Source of the DNA: Armatimonadota bacterium
Lineage (GTDB): Bacteria; Armatimonadota; SYMT01
Reading direction: 5' to 3'
Length of the DNA: 44,325 nucleotides
NCBI GenBank assembly: GCA_046292385.1
Contig: JBKBRF010000052.1
Coordinates: 1-44,325 of the forward strand
The position numbers and the translations under genes are program-made. Under the pieces are notes generated by a model, which saw only the letters and a program-made list of their open reading frames with translations, did not search any database and was not told where the DNA came from. Below, piece after piece: positions 9,364 to 18,455 of this stretch; the stretch's first letter is position 1, and every line of letters begins with the position of its first letter.

Positions 9364-10236
9364 TTAGATTGCGCGGCTGCGCGGATCGAGCCAGTCTCGC
9401 AGGCCGTCCCCCAGGAAGTTGAACGCCATGATGGTGGCGGCGAGGCAGCCGGCGGGCCAGAAGGTGAGCATCAGGTTGGAGCGCCGGAACTCCCAGCCCT
9501 CTTTGATCATGGAGCCCCAGGAGGGGAACGGCGGCTGAATCCCGAGCCCCAGGAAGCTCAGGGTACTCTCCGCCAGCACGATGGCGCCCATGCCGACCGT
9601 CGCGGCGACCACTACCGGCCCGAGCACGTTCGGCAGCAGGTGGCGCAGCATGATGCGGCCGTCGGTGGCCCCCGCGGCGCGCGCGGCCTGCACGAACTCC
9701 AGATCCCGCAGCGAGAGCACCTGGCTGCGCACCAGGCGAACCATCCCCGGCCAGCCGACGAGCGCCAGCGCCAGGAAGACCCACTGGATCTCCTTGCCGA
9801 GCGTGCCGGTGATCAGGATCGCCAGCAGGATGTCCGGAAACGCGAACATCAGGTCGGTCACCCGCATCACCAGGTCGTCCAGCCGTCCGCGCTTGAGCCC
9901 CGCGAGCATCCCCAGCGTAAGCCCGAAGAGCAGCTCCACCGCCTCCACCGCGAGCGCTACGGAGAGCGAGACCCGCGCGCCGTAGACCAGGCGGCTCAGC
10001 ACGTCCCGGCCGAGGTGGTCGGTCCCCAGCGGGTGCTGCTGGCTGGCGGGGCGGAGGCGCTGCGAGAGGTCCTGCTCCGAGTAGCCCTGCGGCGCCAGGA
10101 AGCCGGCGAAGAGCGCCACGAAGACGATGAGCGCCAGGTAGGTCGCCGAGAGCAGGGTGGCGGCCCGGCGGAGCGGCGGCGGCAGCCGGCTAAGACTGAG
10201 CTGCGGCGGCGCGAAGGCGCGGATCGAGGAGGCCAT
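9364..10236 (-). CDS. oppC: Oligopeptide/dipeptide ABC transporter permease (OppC/DppC-like)
   Basis: HPLGTDHLGRDVLSRLVYGARVSL, EAA-loop (EFVQAARAAGA), FLGLGIQPP..SWG, LGDGLRDWLDPR. Start codon uncertain. Confidence 0.92.
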   Translation of the reverse strand: MASSIRAFAPPQLSLSRLPPPLRRAATLLSATYLALIVFVALFAGFLAPQGYSEQDLSQRLRPASQQHPLGTDHLGRDVLSRLVYGARVSLSVALAVEAVELLFGLTLGMLAGLKRGRLDDLVMRVTDLMFAFPDILLAILITGTLGKEIQWVFLALALVGWPGMVRLVRSQVLSLRDLEFVQAARAAGATDGRIMLRHLLPNVLGPVVVAATVGMGAIVLAESTLSFLGLGIQPPFPSWGSMIKEGWEFRRSNLMLTFWPAGCLAATIMAFNFLGDGLRDWLDPRSRAI

Positions 10237-11131
10237 AGAGCAGGTCCACCACCAGGTTGACGACGAGGAAGAGCGCGGCGCCGAGCAGGACCACCGCCTG
10301 GATCATCGGGTAGTCGCGCTCGGAGATCGCCTTGACCGACATCCCGCCGATGCCGGGGATGCCGAAGATGTACTCCACCACGAACGACCCGCCGAGCATG
10401 TAGCCGACAGAGACCCCGAGCACCGTGAGCACCGGCAGCAGCGCGTTCTTGCCGGCGTGCCACGTGACGGTGCGGAACCAGTCGAGCCCCTTGGCGCGGG
10501 CGGTGCGAACGTAGTCTTGCGAGAGCGCTTCCAGGAACGAGGCGCGGGTCATGCGCGCCAGCAGCGCGGCAGGGCGGGTGCCGAGGGCGATCGCCGGCAG
10601 GATCAGGTGCCACCACTCCCCGTTGTAGAAGACCGGGAACCACTTGAGCCGCAGGGAGAAGAGCATCACCAGCAGCGGCAGCATCACGAAGGCCGGGACG
10701 GAGACTCCCGCCAGCGCGGCGGTGGTGGCCGCGCGGTCGACCCACGACCCCGGCCGCAGCGCCGCCGCCAGCCCCAGCGGGAATCCGACCAGCAGCGCGT
10801 AGAGCCCCGCCATGCCGGCCAGGGTGGCGGTGACCGGGTAGCGCACCGCCAGGGTCTGCGCCACCGGCTGCCGGTCCCGGTACGACTTTCCCAGGTCCCC
10901 GGTCAGGAATCCGGCCACCCACCGGCCGTACTGCACCGGGAGCGGCTGGTCCAGCCCGAACTCTTTCTTCAGGCTGCGCACCTGTTCCGGGTCGGCGTGC
11001 TGGCCCAGCATCACCTCCACGGGGCCGGCCGGCGCCAGCGCCGCGAGGCAGAAGGTGATCAGCGAGAGCGCGGCGAGAGTCGCCACTCCCTGGCCGAGCC
11101 GCCGGAGCATGAAGAGGAGGTAGCGGGACAC
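10190..11131 (-). CDS. oppB: Oligopeptide/dipeptide ABC transporter permease (OppB/DppB-like)
   Basis: GLDQPLPVQY, GDLGKSY, DYVRTARAKGL, RDYPMIQA, LYGLLDPR. Confidence 0.93.
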   Translation of the reverse strand: MSRYLLFMLRRLGQGVATLAALSLITFCLAALAPAGPVEVMLGQHADPEQVRSLKKEFGLDQPLPVQYGRWVAGFLTGDLGKSYRDRQPVAQTLAVRYPVTATLAGMAGLYALLVGFPLGLAAALRPGSWVDRAATTAALAGVSVPAFVMLPLLVMLFSLRLKWFPVFYNGEWWHLILPAIALGTRPAALLARMTRASFLEALSQDYVRTARAKGLDWFRTVTWHAGKNALLPVLTVLGVSVGYMLGGSFVVEYIFGIPGIGGMSVKAISERDYPMIQAVVLLGAALFLVVNLVVDLLYGLLDPRLRAAAAQS

Positions 11132-11140
11132 GCGGGCGTC

Positions 11141-12760
11141 CTAATCCGCGAAGTGGGTCCGCTTGTGCGGAAGGTGCCCCATCGCGCTGTCCTCCACGCC
11201 GCGGAGCCTCGGGTTCCAGAGCTCCACGTCCTTCTGGAAGTGGATCGGGATCCAGGGAGCGTCGCTCACCACGATCTCCTCCGCCCGGCGATAGGTGGCG
11301 AGGCGCTTCTCTGCGTCCTGCATCACGTCGGCCTGGTCGCAGAGCCGGTCGAACTCCGGGTTGGAGTAGCCGAGCGTGTTCTCTTTCGACCCGCTGTGCA
11401 GCATCAGCGAGAGGAAGTTCTGCGGGTCGAGGTAGTCGGCCGCCCAGCGGAGGAAGTAGACCGGCATCTCGCCACGGTTCCGCTTGGCAAGGAAGGTGGT
11501 CCACTCCTCTTCGGCCAGCTTCACTTCGAGGCCCAGGTTGTTCTTGAGCTGCTCCGCCACCACCTGCGCCGTGTTCCGGATGTCTTCCACCTGGGCGCGG
11601 AAATAGAGCGTCAGCGGCGGGAGCCCCCGTCCGTTCGGGTAGCCGGCTTCAGAGAGAAGCTGCTTCGCGCGGGCCGGGTCGTATTCCAGCCCCCTGAAAT
11701 CCGGATCGTGACCCGGCACCCCGGTCGGTACGATCCCGGCCGCCACCTGCGGTACCCCTTCGTGCACGGTCTGGACGATCGCGTTCCGGTCTACCGCGTG
11801 CGCGAACGCCTGCCGTACTCTCCGGTCTTTGAACGGGGCGTAGGCCTGCTGGTTGAGCGCGATGTAATAGATGGAGGGCCGCGGGAAGAGCTTCAGCTTG
11901 TCGGCCAGCTCCGGATTGTCCTTGTCGGCCCGGTACATCGCCATGCTCACGTCCGCGATGTCGAGGTCTCCCGCCTCGAACGCGTCGTGCCGGGTACCGG
12001 CGTCGAGCAGGATCCGCCGCTCGATCCGCGCCAGCTTCGGAGCGCCGTCCCAGTACTCCGGGAACGCCTCCAGGATCATCCGGTCGCCGCGGCGGTACTC
12101 GGCCAGCCGGAACGGTCCGGTGCCGATCGCCTCCTGCTCCGTCATCGTGGAGGTGTTCTCCACCGCCTCTTTGCAGACGGCGTAGGCGGTGGGATAGGTC
12201 AGCTTGGCGAGGAAGTAGCCCTTCGGCGCGTCGATCGTGATCTTCAGGGTCCGGGGGTCGACCACCTCCACGCCTTCCAGCTTCTGCGTCTTCCCCTCCC
12301 GGTAGGCCTTGGCGCCAAGAATGTCGTTCAGGTAGACCTCCGCCACCGACGAGGTCTTGTCGGCCAGCGTGCGGGAGATGCTGTACGCGAAGTCCTCCGC
12401 CGTTACCTCGCGGCCGTTATGGAACTTGGCGCCCTGGCGGATGGTGAAGGTGTAGGTGCGGCCGTCCGGGCTGATCTCCCACTTCTCCGCCAGCGCCGGG
12501 ACCAGCTTGTTCTCCGGGCTCCACTGAACCAGCCCTTCGAAGACGTGCATCATGAACTCGATCGTCGGACCGTCCTGCACCTGGGCCGGGTCGAGAGTCG
12601 TCGGCTCCGCCGTCTGCGCCAGGCGGAGCGTGCCGTCGTCCGCGCCGCCCCCTCCCCCGCCCCCAAGACAACCGGAGGCGCTGACCCCGGCAGCAAGCAG
12701 CGCGAGCAGCGCCATCGCGCCGCGGCGGGTGAGTGCCGAATGGAGGGGGTGGCGAGACAT
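11141..12760 (-). CDS. oppA: Peptide ABC transporter substrate-binding lipoprotein (family 5)
   Basis: Lipobox-like ASGC, EPTTLDP, LAEKWEISPDGRTYTFTIR..KFHNG, GTGPF, VRQAFAHAVDR, WAADY. Confidence 0.93.
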   Translation of the reverse strand: MSRHPLHSALTRRGAMALLALLAAGVSASGCLGGGGGGGADDGTLRLAQTAEPTTLDPAQVQDGPTIEFMMHVFEGLVQWSPENKLVPALAEKWEISPDGRTYTFTIRQGAKFHNGREVTAEDFAYSISRTLADKTSSVAEVYLNDILGAKAYREGKTQKLEGVEVVDPRTLKITIDAPKGYFLAKLTYPTAYAVCKEAVENTSTMTEQEAIGTGPFRLAEYRRGDRMILEAFPEYWDGAPKLARIERRILLDAGTRHDAFEAGDLDIADVSMAMYRADKDNPELADKLKLFPRPSIYYIALNQQAYAPFKDRRVRQAFAHAVDRNAIVQTVHEGVPQVAAGIVPTGVPGHDPDFRGLEYDPARAKQLLSEAGYPNGRGLPPLTLYFRAQVEDIRNTAQVVAEQLKNNLGLEVKLAEEEWTTFLAKRNRGEMPVYFLRWAADYLDPQNFLSLMLHSGSKENTLGYSNPEFDRLCDQADVMQDAEKRLATYRRAEEIVVSDAPWIPIHFQKDVELWNPRLRGVEDSAMGHLPHKRTHFAD

Positions 12761-12842
12761 GGGAGAGACCGTCCGTTCAAAAGGAGTGAAGGGGACTGCT
12801 TACTATAGCATTCGGGCCGGCGGGAGAAAGCAGCGCGCGCGG

Positions 12843-12858
12843 AGCAGACCGTGCGCCA
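12843..12858 (-). promoter_or_regulatory. Possible sigma-54 promoter upstream of oppA
   Basis: Minus strand TGGCGCACGGTCTGCT (GG-N10-GC) oriented toward oppA; an extended -10-like TGCTATAGT also lies at 12802-12810. Confidence 0.4.
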
Positions 12859-13164
12859 ACAGGGATTACGCACATTGGGCCGCGCATCCCTCCCGCGAAG
12901 CTGTGTGGCTGGGGAGTTGTTGGTCTCTTGGCGCGTGCGCTGGCCGCTCATCGGCGAACCAGCGTCGATACCGCCAGTCCGACCCCGCGCCCTTGTCGCC
13001 CGAGCTAGCCCTCCCGCGACGACGGCCCTACGCGGCCTTTTCACACTCCGCTGCGCTCCGTTAGCAGGCTGCTTCGGGAGCTCATTTCGTGAGGCTCTTC
13101 CCGCGCCAGGATGCCCTACCCCGCCAGCAGCCGAGTTCACGGGCTATCTCGGCCGCCTTCGAGC

Positions 13165-13213
13165 GACCGCCCCTGCGCCCAGGGGCGGTCACAAGTGGCG
13201 CCCTTCAGGCGCC
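13165..13213. repeat. Double hairpin (REP-like or terminator) downstream of the ROK gene
   Basis: GACCGCCCCTG-CGCC-CAGGGGCGGTC (perfect 11-bp stem), then GGCGCC-CTTCA-GGCGCC. Confidence 0.55.
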
Positions 13214-13240
13214 TCGGGTTTCTTTCCCACCTGCACCCGC

Positions 13241-14242
13241 TCAGATCGCGTCCGTGACGTTTCCGACGCGGTCGAGCACCAGCGCGGCGGCGCCCATCAC
13301 GCCGGCGTTGTCTCCCAGGAGGGCCGGGACGATCTCCGCGGTCCGCCGCTGGAGCGGGACGGCGCGGCTGTCGATGGTGCGGACGATCGGATCGAACAGC
13401 GGCGCGCCGGCCGCGGAGATGCCGCCACCGATAACGAACCGCTCCGGGTTGAGCATGTTGATCAGGTTCGTCGCCCCGATCCCGATGTAGCAGCCGATCT
13501 CCTCCAGCACCTCCAGCGCCACGGCGTCGCCCTCACTCGCGGCCCGGCTGACCAGCTCCGGCGTGATGCCGCCGCGTCCCCCCAGCTCTCGCAGCCGGGA
13601 AGGGCGCCCGCCCTGGAGCTTCCGCTCCGCGCGCTCGATGATGGCGTCCCGGGCGCACATCGCCTCCCAGCATCCAAAGTTGCCGCAGCCGCACCGGCGG
13701 CCGGCCGGGTCGATCGTGTGGTGGCCTACCTCCCCGATCGAGCCGTTCGGGCCCAGCAGCAGGCGGCCGTCAACCACGAACGCGCCGCCGATGCCGGTGC
13801 CGAGGGTGATCATCACCATGTTCCGGACGCCCCGGCCGGCGCCGTAGCAGAGCTCGCCCAGGGCGGCGCACTTCGCGTCGTTCAGGATATAGACCGGCAC
13901 GCCGAGCCGCTCCGACACCGCCGGCCCGATCGGGACGTCTTTCCAGTGCGGGAAATTGGGAGACCAGAAGCAGATGCCGGTCTCGCTGTCCATAATCCCC
14001 GGCAGGCCGATCCCGACGCCGAGGACCTCCGACCGCTCCACTCCCGCCTCCCGGATCGCCTCCTCGCAGGCATCCCCGATCTGGCGCAGCGTCGCCTCCG
14101 CGGGCTGGTCCTGCAGGGAGGGCCGCCGGGCCTGCGCGACGATCTTGCCGTCGGGGTCGATCAGCGCCGCGCGGGCGTTGGTGCCGCCGAGATCGACGCC
14201 GATCACGCAGCGGGGCGATGGGTTGCCTGCCGTCTCTGCCAC
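13241..14242 (-). CDS. ROK family sugar kinase (glucokinase-like)
   Basis: IGVDLGGT, NDAKCAALGE, TLGTGIGG, GEVGH, Zn motif CGCGNFGCWE, IGGGIS, LGDNAGVMGAA. No N-terminal HTH; GTG start 14242 after AAGGA. Confidence 0.92.
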   Translation of the reverse strand: MAETAGNPSPRCVIGVDLGGTNARAALIDPDGKIVAQARRPSLQDQPAEATLRQIGDACEEAIREAGVERSEVLGVGIGLPGIMDSETGICFWSPNFPHWKDVPIGPAVSERLGVPVYILNDAKCAALGELCYGAGRGVRNMVMITLGTGIGGAFVVDGRLLLGPNGSIGEVGHHTIDPAGRRCGCGNFGCWEAMCARDAIIERAERKLQGGRPSRLRELGGRGGITPELVSRAASEGDAVALEVLEEIGCYIGIGATNLINMLNPERFVIGGGISAAGAPLFDPIVRTIDSRAVPLQRRTAEIVPALLGDNAGVMGAAALVLDRVGNVTDAI

Positions 14243-14358
14243 TGGTCCGTTCCTTCCCTGGGGGGCGCCGGTGCGCCCACACGATCCCCGCGCGTCCGGG
14301 TATACTGAAACGGCTCCGGGAAGGCGCCGGCTCTCCACCCTGCGACCGAGGTGAATTG

Positions 14359-14811
14359 ATGTTCGAGAAGATTCTGCTACCAACCGACGGCTCTCGTCAC
14401 TCTCTGGAAGCGGCCCGCATCGCGGCCGACCTGGCAACCAGGCACAGAGGCACCGTGACGCCGCTGGTGACGGTGGAATACCAGTACGTGACCGGGGGAG
14501 ACCTGCCGGAAGAGATCGCCGCTGCGATTCGCGCGCGCATCGAAGGACGCGCCCGCCAGGCGCTCGACGCCGCCATCGCAGCCGCCCGCGAAGCCGGCGC
14601 GCAGGTGGATGAAGGACAAGTCGTCGAAGGCCCCGCGCCGGAGACGATCGTCGAGGTGGCGGAGGACGGCCAGTACGACCTGATCGTGATGGGCAGCCGC
14701 GGCGTGAGCGTGGACGACGGCCGCGACCGCCTGATCGGCAGCGTCACGGAGCGCGTCCTCCACAATGCGCCCTGCCCGGTCCTCGTGATCCGCGCCGAGC
14801 CCCGGCCGTAG
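14359..14811 (+). CDS. Universal stress protein (UspA family)
   Basis: KILLPTDGS, DLIVMGSRG, GSVTERVLHNAPCPVLVI; GAGGTG upstream of ATG 14359. Confidence 0.94.
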   Translation: MFEKILLPTDGSRHSLEAARIAADLATRHRGTVTPLVTVEYQYVTGGDLPEEIAAAIRARIEGRARQALDAAIAAAREAGAQVDEGQVVEGPAPETIVEVAEDGQYDLIVMGSRGVSVDDGRDRLIGSVTERVLHNAPCPVLVIRAEPRP

Positions 14812-14843
14812 CTGCCACTCGGACCCAATCAAGCGTCGTAAGC

Positions 14844-14890
14844 GGCGGGTGAGCAGGGACTGGCAATAAGTCACGTCCCGCTCACCCGTC
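14844..14890. terminator. Inverted repeat between convergent genes, possible bidirectional terminator
   Basis: GGCGGGTGAGC(A)GGGAC ... GTCCCGCTCACCCGTC arms. Confidence 0.5.
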
Positions 14891-14936
14891 TCTCGTTTCT
14901 GCAGGGGTCGACGAATTGCGGAGGCGCCTCTCGTCG

Positions 14937-15236
14937 CTAGCGTGAGGGCGCCGACATCTCCTGAATCAAATCCACCGTCGGCTGCAGGGCCCAGACGAGG
15001 AGCAGCGCTACGATCACTGCCACCACGGCCAGGACCGTACTGATGATCCCCAGGATCATCCCGGTCAGCGCCAGGCCGCGACCGGAGACGGACGCCTCCC
15101 CCGCAGCGATGCGTCGCAGCTCTGCGCGGCCGAGGATCCAGGCTGGAAGACCCGCGAACACGCTCAAGCCGACCAAGCTCAGCACCCCGAGCACGAGCGC
15201 GATCACCGCGGTGTTTGTCGCCGAGCGTTCATTCAT
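14937..15236 (-). CDS. DUF4190-like small membrane protein
   Basis: AVIALVLGVLS...PAWILG..ELRRI...SGRGLALTGMILGII pattern; 2-3 TM segments. Confidence 0.8.
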   Translation of the reverse strand: MNERSATNTAVIALVLGVLSLVGLSVFAGLPAWILGRAELRRIAAGEASVSGRGLALTGMILGIISTVLAVVAVIVALLLVWALQPTVDLIQEMSAPSR

Positions 15237-15308
15237 ACCGCATGCTGCGGCACGAGAGCGGGGAAATCCTTCCCTGCTTCAACGCGGACCGCAGCACGGT
15301 AGCCGCAA

Positions 15309-15653
15309 TCAGCTCCGGACGGATCGGCGATCACCGTTCCGCCGTAGCGCCTTACCCACGCCTTCGGCCAGCGCGGCAGCCGGCGGAAACAGCATCAGTA
15401 CCGCGAAGTACAGCAGCGGACGGAGGAGAAAGAAGTACAGTGCCCAACACTTGAGCAGCGTCCAGGTGTTGGCGAGGATGTACGCACGCAGCGGCTCGAA
15501 GAGCCCTACGATCTGCAGCGCCCAGACTGCCGCCGCGACCGCGGCGACCGACTCCAGCGCCCCGCGGATGAGCTTCTCTGCCGTGAGCTCTGCGCGAGCC
15601 GCCGCCCGCGCTTCCCGGAAGCCGCCTCGCGGTGTCCTGGACTCATCAGTCAT
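15309..15653 (-). CDS. Hypothetical membrane protein
   Basis: Two hydrophobic segments; GGAG-rich RBS; in line with neighbours. Confidence 0.65.
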   Translation of the reverse strand: MTDESRTPRGGFREARAAARAELTAEKLIRGALESVAAVAAAVWALQIVGLFEPLRAYILANTWTLLKCWALYFFLLRPLLYFAVLMLFPPAAALAEGVGKALRRNGDRRSVRS

Positions 15654-15689
15654 CGCTCTCTCCTCCGGGCTCCGCCCGTGCCGCGCAGG

Positions 15690-15995
15690 CTACCCCTCCG
15701 GCACTACCAGCTTCGCGGCTGACGGCGGCTCTTCCTCGGCGCGGGCGCGCAGGCCGACCAGCAGGTGCCCGTTCACGCTCAGCCGGGTCACCATCCACTC
15801 GCCGAGCGCGCGCACCCGCTCCCACGCTACCGGCTCCGGCCACGCCACCCGCTGCCGGATCGGAAACCGCGCGGGGGGGCCGGTGAAGCGCTCCAGCGTG
15901 CCTTCGTAGAGCCAGGCGTGCGTGCCGGGAGGCGGGGGCTCCGACTCGTTGAGGAGACGCGCCTCCGGGCACGGCCAGGGAGGCGGGCCGGTCAA
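15690..15995 (-). CDS. Hypothetical protein (~101 aa)
   Basis: TTG start overlapping the upstream stop (TTGA); fills the gap in a same-strand run. Confidence 0.45.
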   Translation of the reverse strand: MTGPPPWPCPEARLLNESEPPPPGTHAWLYEGTLERFTGPPARFPIRQRVAWPEPVAWERVRALGEWMVTRLSVNGHLLVGLRARAEEEPPSAAKLVVPEG

Positions 15996-16657
15996 TCGAG
16001 CTCCCGCATCCGCACGTTTCGGAACGCCACCGGGCCATGGTCGCCCTGCAGGCGCAGCGGGCCGGACGGAATGTCGCGCTCTTCCACCCAGGCGCCGCGG
16101 GTGGGGCCGGTGCACTCGAACTCTTCGTGGATCACGATCCCGTTCAGCACCACGCGCTCGAAGCGCGCCGGGGAGACCCGGTTGCCGTCTTCGTCGAAGC
16201 GCGGCGCGTGGAAGATGGCGCGGAGCTGCTGCCACTCGCCGGGCGCGCGGGAGGCGTTCACGCGCGGCGCGGCACCGTCGTAGGAGGTCTGCGTCTCCTC
16301 CACCCAGCGCGCGTAGATCCCGCCATTGGTGCCAAACTCGAGCTTCGTGTCAGGCGTGCCCCAGCTATCGAGGATCTGGATCTCGTACTGCCCCATGAAG
16401 TAGACGCCGGAGTTGGAGCCTTCCGGCACGCAGTACTCCAGCTCCAGCTCGCAGCTCCCGTGGTCGCGCTCCGTGCGGATGTCGGCGGTGATGCCGCGCT
16501 CTCCATTCACCAGCACGCCGCTCCCCGGCTCGTACTGGAAGCGCGAGGGATCTCCCTCCGCCAGGCGCACGCCGCCGACCACGCCCCACTCGTGGCTCTC
16601 TCCCGCCGACCACCCGGCCAGGCTCTGCCCGTCGAACAGCTCCACCCAGTTTCCCAT
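15992..16657 (-). CDS. DUF1080 (3-keto-disaccharide hydrolase-like) domain protein
   Basis: WVELFDGQSLAGW, LELEY..PEGSNSGVY, YEIQILDS, GEWQ, LNG, GPLRLQGDHGPVAFRNV; no signal peptide. Confidence 0.88.
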   Translation of the reverse strand: MGNWVELFDGQSLAGWSAGESHEWGVVGGVRLAEGDPSRFQYEPGSGVLVNGERGITADIRTERDHGSCELELEYCVPEGSNSGVYFMGQYEIQILDSWGTPDTKLEFGTNGGIYARWVEETQTSYDGAAPRVNASRAPGEWQQLRAIFHAPRFDEDGNRVSPARFERVVLNGIVIHEEFECTGPTRGAWVEERDIPSGPLRLQGDHGPVAFRNVRMRELD

Positions 16658-16692
16658 CTCGATCGATCCTTTCCAGGGAAGTAAACTCGAGC

Positions 16693-18183
16693 CTAACCCG
16701 TGCGGAGCACCGCCTCGGCGGCGAGGCGGCCGGAGACCATCGCGGGTGCCACGCCGCCGCCGGGAAAGGTCCAGTGCCCCGCCATAAAGAGGCCGCGGAA
16801 CGGCGTCTCCGGTCCGGGCCGCGCGGCGCCGCTCTGCTCCGGCACGTGCGCCCAGCCGAACGCGGCGCCGCCGGTGTTGAAGGTGTATCGCTCCAGCGTC
16901 AGCGGGGTGCCGACCTTCCGCGCGCGCACCCGCTGGGAGAGGCCGGGGAAGAGGTCTTCCGCCCGCGCCACGATCGCGTCGCCCAGCTCGTCCTTGAGAG
17001 CGCGGTACTCCTCGAGCGCCCGGTACTCCGGTCCGCGCCGGCTGTCGAACGGCGCGCTCCAGTTGTCCATCCGCCCGTACGGAGCCAGCGTGAAGAGCGA
17101 CAGGATGTGCGAGCCCTCCGGCGCCCGGCTCGGGTCGTTGTAGTCGAGCACGCTGCATACCAGGGCGGCGTAGTCCGGCTCGTCCCGCTGGAGGTCGAAG
17201 AACGCCTCGTTCAGGTCGTACGTGGTGTGGAGCAGGGTCGTCCGCGCCGCCGGCTGCAGCGGCCCGTCGACCAGCAGGTGGACCTGCATCGCGGAGATGG
17301 AGGTGGCGAAGGAGCGCAGCGCCGGGTAGCCGGCCGGCTTCTGCTCTTCGTCGAAGAGCAGCTCCTCGAACGTGTCGTGCGGGCTGGCAGTGGAGATGAT
17401 GGCGCCGGTCTCGAGCTCGCGGCCGTCCTCCAGCCGCGCTCCCGTCACCTTGCCGCCGCGGCGGCGAAGCTGCGCCACGCGGACCCGGGTCTCCACCACC
17501 CCGCCGTGCTCGGTAATGACATCCGCCAGCGCCTGGGTGAGCACCTTGACCCCGCCGCGGACGGCGCCGCTCCCCTGGACCTGGAACTGGTGCCAGAGCA
17601 TGGCGTAGTGGACCGCGGAGAGCCGCGCGGGGGGAAGCCCGCCGTAGATCCAGAGCGCCCCCAGCGCGGCGCGCACCTCCTGGTTCCGGGTGTACTCGTC
17701 CAGGTACGCGTCGAGCGTCTGCTCGTGGTGGACGCGCAGCAGCTCCGCGGGAGCGTCTCCCGCCAGGGTGAGGTAATCCCGTCCCATCGCCTCCACGTCG
17801 GCGAAGAACCGGCCGATCGCGGCCGCCTCCGAAGGCCAGAGGGTGCAGAGCTCCTGGCGGAACCGCTCCGGGTCGGCGGCGGCGCTATAGGAGTGGCGGG
17901 GGAAGACCGCGTGGTAGACCGGGTCGCACGGGATCAGCTCCACGCGGTCCGAAATGCCGACCTGGTCCACCAGCTCGGTCACCCAGCCGCGGGGTCCGCA
18001 GCCGCCGATCAGGTGGGTCGCCGCGTCGAAGGTGGGGTCCTGCCCGAAGTACTGCGCGTAGCCGCCCAGCTTGCCGTGCTTCTCGAAGACCGCAACCCGC
18101 TTCCCGGCGCGCGCCAGCAGCGCCCCCGCCGTGAGACCCGCCATTCCGGCACCCACTACCAGGCAATCGATCGTTTCCGCCAT
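16693..18183 (-). CDS. FAD-dependent oxidoreductase, phytoene desaturase (CrtI)-like superfamily
   Basis: VVGAGMAGL..EK..KLGG, TPLTLERYT..GGAAFG, GLFMAGHWTFPGGGV..AMVSG. Confidence 0.88.
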   Translation of the reverse strand: MAETIDCLVVGAGMAGLTAGALLARAGKRVAVFEKHGKLGGYAQYFGQDPTFDAATHLIGGCGPRGWVTELVDQVGISDRVELIPCDPVYHAVFPRHSYSAAADPERFRQELCTLWPSEAAAIGRFFADVEAMGRDYLTLAGDAPAELLRVHHEQTLDAYLDEYTRNQEVRAALGALWIYGGLPPARLSAVHYAMLWHQFQVQGSGAVRGGVKVLTQALADVITEHGGVVETRVRVAQLRRRGGKVTGARLEDGRELETGAIISTASPHDTFEELLFDEEQKPAGYPALRSFATSISAMQVHLLVDGPLQPAARTTLLHTTYDLNEAFFDLQRDEPDYAALVCSVLDYNDPSRAPEGSHILSLFTLAPYGRMDNWSAPFDSRRGPEYRALEEYRALKDELGDAIVARAEDLFPGLSQRVRARKVGTPLTLERYTFNTGGAAFGWAHVPEQSGAARPGPETPFRGLFMAGHWTFPGGGVAPAMVSGRLAAEAVLRTG

Positions 18184-18455
18184 CTCAATCCTTTTCGGAG
18201 AGCGCTCCCGGGCCGGCAAGCATTCGGAGTTTGGGCTCGCCGCCCCTCTGGGGACTACCCGGCTGCGCTTCGGGGGAGCCTCTGTCAGCTTCCTGTGGAC
18301 TAATTATGGAGCATTCGGGCGACCTACGGACGACAGGTTGCTATCCCGCCGCTGGGTATAACCTCGCCAACAGTCTTCTCGGTGGGCGGGTGGCGGAGCG
18401 TCCCCGGACCGGCGGGCTGACGGCGGTAAACGCGGAGTAAGACGGGTAGGTCGCG

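Noticed and set aside
16693..18183. Carotenoid biosynthesis gene crtI
   Set aside because: Only superfamily-level motifs and no crtB/crtE neighbours; substrate unknown.
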